A program made the position numbers and the translations under genes. A DNA stretch of 64,000 nt from Schizochytrium sp. TIO01. Taxonomy: Eukaryota > Protista > Bigyra: Labyrinthulomycetes. Positions 23,206 through 33,287 of this stretch are shown piece by piece. Where the stretch lies: positions 7,162,483-7,226,482 of the forward strand of contig SMSO01000032.1 in NCBI GenBank assembly GCA_004764695.1, given 5' to 3'. The notes below the pieces were generated by a model. The model worked only from the letters and a program-made list of their open reading frames with translations. It searched no databases and was not told where the DNA came from. The number at the start of each line of letters is the position of its first letter. The first letter of the stretch is position 1.

Positions 23206-26200
23206 TTATGTATGGAAATGAGGAATCGTAATTTGCTCCTCGCTATGAAATTTGATATTGCAATGCTTACAAATGTAAGCATTGCAAGTTTGGCACCATC
23301 GAGTGGTCTTCCGTGGATTACGATATGGATGGTCTGGCGCCGATCCCCGTTCGCAATCAACACAACACATAATGCAGGCTCCCCTCTTCTTGAACTTGCC
23401 CACGCATTCATGCTGTCCAACTAAACGAGTTTGTAGAAGTTCTGGGAGTCGTGACTTACTGTATTGATACTGTTGCGGCGATTCTAGCGAGGCTGTAGAA
23501 GTAGGCGAAATGGTGTTATCAGTTGCTCTCCAGCAGAATTCTATGTCAGACATGGAACAAGTATTGTCAAATGGGTAAAGGGATTCCATTGAGACAACCC
23601 TAATTTCTTCTGCGAGACTACTTAGATAGCCTCTATAGCAGCACAGATTTTTGCGTAGCATTGACCATTCCGTAATTGTTTTACACTTCGATGTGAGGTT
23701 CCGATGCTCCATTGAGAGGAGCTGATACGCTCGAAACGAGTTGTATAAAATATAGTCAATGAATGTTAAACAAACCAAAGCATTAGGAGTCAGCTTTGAA
23801 GTACGAATGCTCGCTCCATTGATAGTTTTTCTAGTGATATCAACTCCGCCCATCATCTTATTCCAGACACTAACAGTCAAAGGCAGTAGGCGTTTGCAAG
23901 GCGGTGGGGTTCCGTTGACCAGCACGTCGTCACTATGCCTCCGCCAAAGCTGCAAAGCGAGTTCGGCACTGTGTAAATCCACAGCATAACCCCAGTCTGG
24001 TGATTGGTCTGGTGCAAAACGAGGAAACCTACCAAGTTGATTGCCATAAGCAAAGCCCATGTATTCATCACTCAACGCTTTGAAATACTCACGCCATGAC
24101 TGGCGCTGGGCACATGAGACTTTGATTAGCACTCCTTGCATGATTTCCTCAGTTGTGGCATATATAAGGAGGGTGTAAGGGACATCTAAAGTAGCTGCAT
24201 GATGGATACACTGAGTTCGAAACGACGGATTTGGGACTAACGACTCGAACTCACTTGTTCCACATTTGCATTCGTGCCACGCACTCTGACCAGCAACTCG
24301 AGACTTTAACTCATCTATAGTTTTGGCATTTGTACTTGTTTTGATTTCTAAGGCAAATACATCATCTATAACAAAATTGTTTCCTTCTAGCTCTGTATTC
24401 CTCAAAAGAACAGCTGCACCGTCGGGTGAGTCTGCTACAAATTGGACTTCCCGATTAATAATCAGACCATATTTGCGTAGCTGGAGAATACAGAATTTAT
24501 TGGAACTTGCTTTCTTAACCCATCTGGAAAGATCTTTCGCCACGTCTGCCTCATTTTCAATCCCCAAAGCCAGTGGGTTTTTATGATTCGAAAACCCATT
24601 TTGAATAGGCTTCATAAACCAACTTGGTGTGATTGTTCTAAGAAATGATTTCTGGCGTTCCTCGAAAGTGCATGTATGGTTATCATCAATCGTTTCAGAA
24701 TTGTGCAAGGGAAAGCTGTCCCCAATGTCACTACTGTCACTCATTTCCAGCAGGTCTTGAGTAGTGGACTCCTGAGATGCATGCTGAGGGTGTATGTCTT
24801 CCTGTAAGGAAGATAGTTCTCCGTTTGAGACCGTTTCATGATCTATAGTTCTTGATAGGATGTCTACGATCCGCTTGGCTAGTTCGATCTTTTTGCCATC
24901 AGTCTTTGCACCTACATCCAAAGAAAGTAACTTTTGGATAAGCTCATTTTTGTTCATACGTTGCATCCAGTATGTATATTCAAGAATAAGACCCTCCCCT
25001 TGACGCTTCCTTTTATATTGCTTCTGAGCTCCTTCAGATGAATAAGAAGAACGCTTATTAGGACGGGGGAATAATGAGATAATTCGTTGCGGGTCAAGAC
25101 AAGCGAACGATTTCACATCGTGGTGTAAGGCCATAAGCTCATCCGAATGAACGAATGGAGCATTTTTAAAGTTGATACAGGTAAAAGCACCGGTGCTTGT
25201 AATTCTAAATTGCCGAGCCATAAACCAGTCAGGTGTTCTTTGGGAAATTGTCATTGAGAAGATATTGGCGTTCACAAGGTTAATTTTATGATTAGCTTGT
25301 GCCTTCATCTTATATGTACTCATGTCACACGGCTCTATCTCAATCTCAGCATGTGGAACGCGCTTTACACCACCTGGTGAGTTCCAATCTACTCCAGCAG
25401 GAAGTACTTCGTAACTCCAAACTTGGTCAGCCAAACAACGGTCGTTCGTGATGAGTTGTGCAACTCTATGCTTTCCCGCACCGTGACGCATCATCATCGC
25501 AGCAACAAAATCGCCATTCTGGTATCTTTGAGCGGTGTAGGTGCTTCGACGGCCATTCCTGTTAATGATAGTTTGACTTCCCCTCACAGGCGTAGCAGGA
25601 ACTGGTCCTTCAACATCTATAAACGGGAATGACGAGGTCTTGCGACAAGTTCCAAGAAATTTGACTCCCTTTGACTGAAGAATTTGAGTTATGTTTGTTG
25701 CACGATCCATATCCTGAGGTTTCGATAATGCCAGATAACCACGATCAATGAATACACGAAGCTCTGAAGACACAGACGCATCAGGGCTTTCTCCTGACTC
25801 CCCCTCATTCAGAAAATCTATTGCCTTGCTTACAATTTTATGAACAGGTGAGTGGGAAGTCTCTAACCGTGGTACTAGGAGCAGACCTGTACCCACAGAG
25901 CACACAAGATGTATCACGGGTTTCTGTTTTTTTGTTTTCGTTGGAATGGTACGAATTCCAAAATTCTCCCACTGAGGAGAACCATAGGGAAGCTTGTCGT
26001 CATCAAGATCGATCCAAGTGGTTTTAGGGACAAAGAACATCTTCACCCAATGGCGCTGAGCAGCACCTCCCATTTCATGGATGATCGGACTTGAGGAGCA
26101 TACTCTAGCCTCGCGTGACCCTTTTGTTGCCCGATTGGACTTGTCCAGGCTCATTGCCTTTCGAACTTTTGAATAGGATACCGTATGGGCTAGATTCCAA

Positions 26201-26721
26201 TGACCTGGTGGGTCCTCAAGACACTCCGAGAACGACTTTCCTGCAACTCGCAGAGAAATTTCAACGAGAAGGTAGGCACGGAAATCTTGATCCGTGATAG
26301 AAAATGGCGGAGATGCGTTTGAGCTAAGACTATTCAACCATTCCTTAACTGCAATCACCCAGCCTGGCGGCAAACAAATCTTGAAACTATCAAGCCTGGT
26401 AAATTTGTAGTTATTGTCAACACGAAGAACCTTTCGAATCCTTTTAGTAATCTCCGAACTTTCTTGTTGAACCTTGGGGAGCATTAATTCGCTTGAGCAA
26501 TTGTACTTGAGTTGGACTGCGTTCATGCCAAGTTGAGACCCAGATAGGTTGCTGTGGTACTTTGCGCCTTCAGTGGAGTAAGATTGAAAGGTCCAGTTTT
26601 CATGGCCAGGAGTACTTGCCGATGAACACTCATAGAGATCGTTCTCGTCTTCATCAGAAGAAGACTCATCAGAGGAAATGTAGATTGAGTCCTTGTCATT
26701 CTCGACGTCATCTAGAGACAT
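23206..26721 (-). CDS. piggyBac-type DDD transposase with inserted YqaJ/lambda-exonuclease and SAP domains and a C-terminal Cys-rich domain
   Basis: Acidic N-terminus; WIDLDDDK (D1); VFIDRGY (D2); FLGTCRK; QRTPDWFMARQFRITST; SAP-like MNKNELIQKLLSLDVGAKTDGKKIELAKRI; GIENEADVA; GL...VADSPDG; LEIKT; QCIHHA; WNKMMGGVD (D3); LYNSFRAY; CIMC...RKTTRWCQTCNAYICKHCNIKFH. Confidence 0.85.
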   Translation of the reverse strand: MSLDDVENDKDSIYISSDESSSDEDENDLYECSSASTPGHENWTFQSYSTEGAKYHSNLSGSQLGMNAVQLKYNCSSELMLPKVQQESSEITKRIRKVLRVDNNYKFTRLDSFKICLPPGWVIAVKEWLNSLSSNASPPFSITDQDFRAYLLVEISLRVAGKSFSECLEDPPGHWNLAHTVSYSKVRKAMSLDKSNRATKGSREARVCSSSPIIHEMGGAAQRHWVKMFFVPKTTWIDLDDDKLPYGSPQWENFGIRTIPTKTKKQKPVIHLVCSVGTGLLLVPRLETSHSPVHKIVSKAIDFLNEGESGESPDASVSSELRVFIDRGYLALSKPQDMDRATNITQILQSKGVKFLGTCRKTSSFPFIDVEGPVPATPVRGSQTIINRNGRRSTYTAQRYQNGDFVAAMMMRHGAGKHRVAQLITNDRCLADQVWSYEVLPAGVDWNSPGGVKRVPHAEIEIEPCDMSTYKMKAQANHKINLVNANIFSMTISQRTPDWFMARQFRITSTGAFTCINFKNAPFVHSDELMALHHDVKSFACLDPQRIISLFPRPNKRSSYSSEGAQKQYKRKRQGEGLILEYTYWMQRMNKNELIQKLLSLDVGAKTDGKKIELAKRIVDILSRTIDHETVSNGELSSLQEDIHPQHASQESTTQDLLEMSDSSDIGDSFPLHNSETIDDNHTCTFEERQKSFLRTITPSWFMKPIQNGFSNHKNPLALGIENEADVAKDLSRWVKKASSNKFCILQLRKYGLIINREVQFVADSPDGAAVLLRNTELEGNNFVIDDVFALEIKTSTNAKTIDELKSRVAGQSAWHECKCGTSEFESLVPNPSFRTQCIHHAATLDVPYTLLIYATTEEIMQGVLIKVSCAQRQSWREYFKALSDEYMGFAYGNQLGRFPRFAPDQSPDWGYAVDLHSAELALQLWRRHSDDVLVNGTPPPCKRLLPLTVSVWNKMMGGVDITRKTINGASIRTSKLTPNALVCLTFIDYILYNSFRAYQLLSMEHRNLTSKCKTITEWSMLRKNLCCYRGYLSSLAEEIRVVSMESLYPFDNTCSMSDIEFCWRATDNTISPTSTASLESPQQYQYSKSRLPELLQTRLVGQHECVGKFKKRGACIMCCVDCERGSAPDHPYRNPRKTTRWCQTCNAYICKHCNIKFHSEEQITIPHFHT

Positions 26722-27194
26722 GACACACAGCTGACGTTAAACTCAAGCGCCAATGGACCTCTTCGCTGAGGGAAGTGCTGATAGATCCCAAGTAGACTAG
26801 CAAGTGGACGATGAAGTAAGGTATGATGTACTTTTGTTGGTACTGCTGGCACTACATGCTGGCGCAAGATATTATTGATGTTTATCAGTATTAATTGTCT
26901 GGTAGAACAGGTACCGTGGGAGAACCTAACGACCATGTGTCAAATACCTGTTAACCTAACCACCACCTAACCGCCACTGAGAATGTCATTGTTTGGTCCT
27001 AAACTCAACTATCAATCGGAGAATCATGAGAACATGATAACATATGGACAGGTGAGGTCGGGGAGGGTAAACTAAACGAGTTTCATCCCGAACAGAGCTA
27101 GACTGTTGAATTGATCAATGACTCAAGTAGGTACATATTTTTCGGGACGTAATAAGTCCTTAAATACTCTACCGGGAAAATTAAAGTTTATCCG

Positions 27195-27225
27195 ATTTTT
27201 CGGGACGTAATACGTCCCGAAAAAT
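27195..27225. repeat. Subterminal palindrome of the transposon (right), ATTTTTCGGGACGTA-A-TACGTCCCGAAAAAT
   Basis: Perfect 15-bp arms running into the terminal TAGCCAGGG. A degenerate copy lies at 27137-27160. Confidence 0.88.
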
Positions 27226-30200
27226 AGCCAGGGATAACAAATTAGATAACTTGAAATCAATATATTTATGTCTTATTATTCTTTTAACTAAGATATAATA
27301 GATAAGTAATACAGAACGTGTTGCTTTCCAACAGATCGTGGTAACTTGATCGATTGAATGAATGTGGTTGAAACCTTCCGCGGTCTCCGAGGTTTCCATG
27401 CAGGCGGTACTCACTATCAAGTCGGGGCGCCTTCTACGCCTTAGACGGGCGATGTGCAGGCTGGTTTTTTCGAGGCAAGCCAGAGGCTCCACCCACTTTT
27501 CAAGATCGCCAGCCCTTTGATGTCTCCGGCAGCGCGTGCAATGACAACGACACTTGTGGCGGTGCAGTGATATCATAATACCTTTAGAATAATAACAATA
27601 ATAATTGTTATGCGCCCAAAAGATCATGCGTAGCTTAGTTGTCCAATAGCAAAGCGATAGGAGACTGTAATAGGAAGATAGAATCCAATTTCATTTCAGG
27701 GAACACACTTCATTACACTTTTGTTTATTTTACTTTTGCTTTTGCTTTTACTTTGCTTTTACTTTTGCTTTTATATCTCTCTCAGGTGTGTTTGTTTCAC
27801 TTAGCCGGGCATAGAGTAATTATGCAGTGGTAAAGAGAATCGAAAGTAGCTCGCTCAGGCTTTTATGTGTGACGCCATTAGACTTTATAAAGAGGGATGG
27901 GGCTACGTACTACTGAATGGAGGAGTTTGCGAACCATGGCGGCCTCGGTTTACTATTTATTTTATTTCCATCATGTTGTCACATCAGAGGCAATGAAACT
28001 TGCGAGTTCCTAGCGATGATGTGGAGCGCCTGAGTTGTTTATGCCCTCAGCGAAATGTAGTACCTCTGAGATCCAGCGCCGCGTTCTCTGTTCTCACCTC
28101 CTCGCGTGCCGGAAAGTCTGCGCTGGACAGCGGTGAAATCTTGGGGCTTTCAGGTTTCTTCGTTTAGTGAAGACCAACTCAAAGTGCGAGAGAACTTCAG
28201 AGCAAAACCAAACAACAGAAGATGTGTAAAGTGCACAATCGATGAGATCTTCGAAGAACGCAAATGCAAAGCTGGGCATCGAATACTGTGGATTATGACG
28301 TTCTACATGGACTCCAAAAGCCTCACAGAGGTATTTATTTTTCTCTAAGCTTTGAGAAGAACATTGTTGGTAACGCACCAAAAGAGGTGCAAAGGAAGTC
28401 TGCACGGGTGTCATTGCATAAAGAAGGGGGAATGAGGCGCACTCATGATCATTAGCATCATCTAGAAATCGCCCGTGGCTTCAGGTCCCCTAAATCAGGT
28501 AAGGCAGTCCCAACACACCATTGAGCCGTCCAGTTAAGTTTACGCCAAGCTTCAGATCTTCGAACAGACCATTTCATAGTGGATACGTACAGAGTTAACC
28601 GAGCAAGAAAACAACGACTATCTCACGACCACCGTGCTTTCATTAAAACACGTGCGTAAAACTAGACCCAGTGCTTGGCCGATGTCACTCTTAAGAAAAC
28701 TTGGTCCCTCTCAAAGTCTGCGCTTAAGCAATCGCATCGATGATCGATCAACTGAGACTACGCCTTGAACACGTCAGTAGGCACCCTTAGCATATGACAC
28801 TGACACTGGCACATCAAAGCAGCAAGGTAGTTTGATTTGAGGTGCATACACAACCTCTTCTACGGCATGTGCTTCGAAATTCCAGATCCTGGAGTGCACA
28901 ACCTTGCAATCATATGTGCAGTTTTATTCCCAATTCTTTTGAGCCTCGGGCATCAATTATCAAAGAGTTTGCAATACATATATGCATTGCATGCATGCAT
29001 GCATACACAACAGGGCAAGTACGCAAAATATGGATCTTCATTGTACAAGTCAGCCCTTTTTCATCATCTTCTTACTTCTTGTTTCTCCTAATTTCTTCTT
29101 TTTCAGTTTGTTTCTTCACCGAAATAATAATAATAATAATAATAATAAAGTTGCCTCAAGCCACAGCTGAGTGATTCAACAGCCTCTCAGAGAACTACTA
29201 CACTAGCACTAACAGTACCCAAGTATGCCGGACTTGTAAGTTCTGAGAACCAGTGAGCCTCCTTCAGGGCCACCTCGGTTCCCAAAACCCATTATAAAAC
29301 CATCTCCAGAGCATTTTCCGCCTGTACCTAGCTACCTATCTCAATAGCAGTAACGTAGCAGTTCTTCATCCAAAACATAATTATCGCAATGGTTGGTAGT
29401 ACCTACCTACTCCTAGGTATACGCATTTGTAATTTTCTATGATGGTTTGCTAATTTTATCCTATTTAAGAAAAGATCTCGTGTGTTCTGTTCTATCGTAC
29501 GAATATGATATAACATTTTAAATTTTATTTTCCACCGCTGGTAAATGACGCAGATATAACATAAAACTTTAAACATTAAGGAAAAACTAAAGATGAAAAA
29601 TGAAAAATGAAAAACTAAAATGAAAAACTAAAAAGGTGGGCGCTTTCCAAATGATCGTGATCTCCCTCAGGTTGTGCACAAGCAAGCTCGAGACAAGAAC
29701 TGGTGGCATTGGCGGTGTTCGAGGGCTTATTAGATCTCCGTGGGCCAGGCTCGCTTTCTAGATCTCGATGTTTTCTGGTAGCTGGCAACAACCATATGCG
29801 AGCCGCTCTTCGAACGGTTGTGCACACACACATTTCTTGAGGAATCGTTCTCTGGCCATGCCAGTAATGAATGGTTTTTCTTTCATTCATCAAGCCTTTG
29901 GTTTACTTGTTTACAGTGCAATGCACTTATTTCTTTTTTCATAGTCTCCGCGGTTCACGACGACAACGATAAGTCGATCACTCTGAAGAGTATCACGATG
30001 ATTGACCGTCACCAGTTTGCCAGGCATCACGATGGTGTGTAATCAACTCGCCTGTCTGAGGATAAGGTTGCGAAGCAGCATTTACATTCTTAATTGATTT
30101 GATCTTGAAGATTTGACCTTGGAGATCTGATCTCCAGGTTCAACTTGAACAGTTGGCTCAAGGCGCATGAACGCGCAGATTCTCGACAACGCCGGGAATC

Positions 30201-33200
30201 GTGCGCCCGAAACAGATAAAATCGAGCGATCGGGACTCATTATGGTGCTTCCGCAGCTGCGCGGAAACACTTAGTTTTGGCCCAAAGGTGTTAGTGAGCA
30301 GCTCACGCTGTTCGTTATTTATCACTTGTGGCTCTGAGTGCGAGAGAATGCTATTCCGGCATTCTGAAATGAATGAGCACCGCCATGATCATCAACTTGA
30401 AGATCATGCCGCTCAAATGCACCTGCAGTGGTCTCAGCTTCGAACTGGTAAACTCGTGGGTACGGAGGGGTAGGTAGGTACCCACCACGTCAAAGAAGCC
30501 CTCGAAGTTTACTCTTCATTCCGCCTGTGCTAGCTAGCTTGCCAGCTACAGTGCACGTGCTCGATAGCTGTCCTGGCACCTGCATGAAATGCAGAACGAC
30601 GATAGATCGCACGACATCGAAGCGAAATGACAGATACGGGCAAAATGTAGCCACAGATCAAGTTGTCACCGATTTATCTGCTGCTTCAAGTTTGGGGAGT
30701 TCTGTTAAAGAACTCGAGGACGAAAAGAGGGTGTGCGCAAAAGAATTAACCGGCACCGAGTCGATTATGATCGTTTAGTTTTATATGAACCATCATCGTG
30801 TGGTATTGTGGTTCAAGATGCTTGATCAAACAACGTCCGTCAGTATAAATGCAAACAGGAATACATAAAACGAGCCACGAGTATCACCGTGTGAGGATCT
30901 ACGAGCATTTTGGTGGGCAGCCAGCCTCAGCCTACTTGAATTACAACTAACTTTTAAGTTGAGAGGAAGGGAACCACTCTACTTCGTTCCTCTCCAATTT
31001 CCAAGTTAGTCCTTTTCCCTATTCGTCCTAACGTGATAGAGCACATTTTGATTTCGGATCGTGGAGACTTTTCGTGGAAACATGAATGTTAGAATTCTAT
31101 TTAATTTGCTTTGCTGTGGAAAATTCAAGAACTGATCCTGCCCTATATTAATCTTTCAAAGAACGGTTTTTTTTGTAAATATATTAACCCAGTTTCTCAT
31201 TTGCAGCGCAAAGAAGCTGACCTTCGCTTTTTAATGTTTCTTGTTTCTTGTTTCTCTTTTTATTCTTTTTTTTAATATAACGGCGTTAAGGAAAATATAT
31301 GATGGATAGAAAAAGCCGTGTTAAGTTGTGGAACTTGAGCCATTTCCACCCTCTTGATAGGAACCCGGAGAGTTCGCAAGGTTTGCCATCTTGATCGTTG
31401 ACTCCAATATTGACTCCAATGCCTTAAGATGTTTTGTCAAAGGTCGCAATGACATTGCAAGTTTGAGCAAGTCTGAGCATGCATAAATTAGGATCGACAC
31501 GCGGAATGTTTCGGTTTCGACTTGAAATGCAAACAGTCGAGGCAACGTTCGAGCTTTCTCACCATCATCATGAAATAGGTCCTATTAGTCCTGGTCAAGG
31601 CAGTTGTCAAGGACGATCTTGATCATGCACAGGTGTGTACTACCTGCTATTTGCTCAACTCGAAGCCAGTTTTGTCACCTCATCGCCTGAATTCAGTTTT
31701 TAGATAGTAAGAAGTAGATGAAACACCTCAATCTACCAAACGGCAAGCTGAAGCGAGTTGAACTTTACAGTACAGGTAGCTAGGTATAGGTAGTAGCTAT
31801 CACGCGAATACTCTCAGATCCCATCATTTCCAAGATGCAATTCATGTCAAAAAGTTAGATTCATTTTATTCTAGCAGCCCAACCTTTCGGTGTTGTTGGG
31901 GAGTATTCAGGTCGTTGAGGATGCAATAATTTGAAGAACAGATCTATGAACTCTGCCACTCTCGCTCGATTTGGACTAGTAGCAAATGGCATGTAGCCCA
32001 AGTGGGAGAAAAGAAAACAAGTCAAAGTCAAGGACACGTTCTCCCACCGGCAAGATCGTCAACAGTTTCTCTCGTCAATTCGCAGCAGAAGGATCGAGAT
32101 ATTTTTTTTCTTTATTTTCGATGTTTTCTCTTCATGTTTTTCTTCAAAAACCTAGCGAGCTAACGATTGTTTTGTTTTGGCTCAAATTGAAATTCATGGA
32201 TTGGTAGGAGTTGCTTCTGACTGGTGATAGATAGAAACAAGGCACCTATTTTTTTTCTTCCTCTTTTTTAAATCAATTCTACTTTTAAAAAGTTTAATCG
32301 TTCCTTCCTTCCTTCCTTGCTTCCTTCCAAGTCTTTCTTCATTTTTTGAGAATCAATCGTACGATCGAGCGAGGGCGCAACTTAAAGGAAATTCCGCTGA
32401 GAACCACCGTTGTGGCATGGCAGAAAAACTTAAACCCCCAGTATTCTTACTACGATACGCAGAGAATAAGCCGTGTCTTGACATCGCACTCGTTGCTCTC
32501 TCTTCGTTGGAGCTATGATAAACTATTATGTTGCAACAAATCAAGACTCTGAAACACGATACTGGTCACTTCAAGTTCATGACGCGCAAAGCTTAGTGGA
32601 AATATTTGTAATGAGTATTGTAGGGACTCTATCCAGCACGTGCACGCAACGGAAGAAATCATAACTTGCACTTGAAAACTTAGTGCTCTATATTGAGCGG
32701 CAGTTAGTTGTGGTTTCAATTCGTGTTAATGACACATAAGAACTGCCAAGATACTACTACATATCAGGTACCTGCGCCTACAAGCTAGAAAGATTAGCGG
32801 CCTCTCGAAAGACATGGAAAAGCAGTAGTTGGCTCCTAGGTTCTTTCAACTTATCCATCGAGAGCAGCAGCAAGTCTACGCTCACCTAATTGAATTGAGC
32901 CACCAGCATTGAATCCCTTGAAGGTATTGAGCCTACTCCCGCACCCTTACACTCTGATTTGTTCGAAATTGGCTCAGCAGTTGCTTCGATTCGATAAGTA
33001 ACGCGAGACACCGGAGACTGCTATGGTGCACGTGCAGGTACAACAGATCTAACGAAACGGAATGAATCTGCTTCGGCAATTACTATAGCCATAATTGCGT
33101 ACACGAGTGCCTGAGGAGAATCTCCTAATATAAAACTTGAGGTTGTTCGGTACCTAAGGTTAGTGCCTCTCTAGCTCTGAAAGCAAGGATAAAAGACCGT

Positions 33201-33287
33201 TCAGAGGCAAGAGGTTCAAGCTTTAAAGCAACAGAAAGAACACACATCATAAGAAAGAGAAACAAGAGTAGATTCACATGTTTATAC

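Larger units (their letters stand above)
22745..27233 (-). mobile_element. piggyBac-like DNA transposon, 4,489 bp, apparently intact, ATAA TSD
   Basis: Ends are ATAA|CCCTGGCTA (TSD 22741-22744, TIR 22745-22753) and TAGCCAGGG|ATAA (TIR 27225-27233, TSD 27234-27237). Palindromic subterminal motifs occur at both ends, and the element encloses one transposase ORF. Confidence 0.88.

Noticed and set aside
26712-26936. 74-aa ORF in the transposon 5' region as a second element gene or upstream exon
   Set aside because: No motifs, and the transposase frame has stops upstream of its ATG, so no simple extension is possible.
28330-28660. Stop-interrupted frame with LRTDHFIV...SHDH resembling an AP-endonuclease relic
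   Set aside because: Only two short motifs, internal stops and no upstream APE motifs; cannot be supported without a search.
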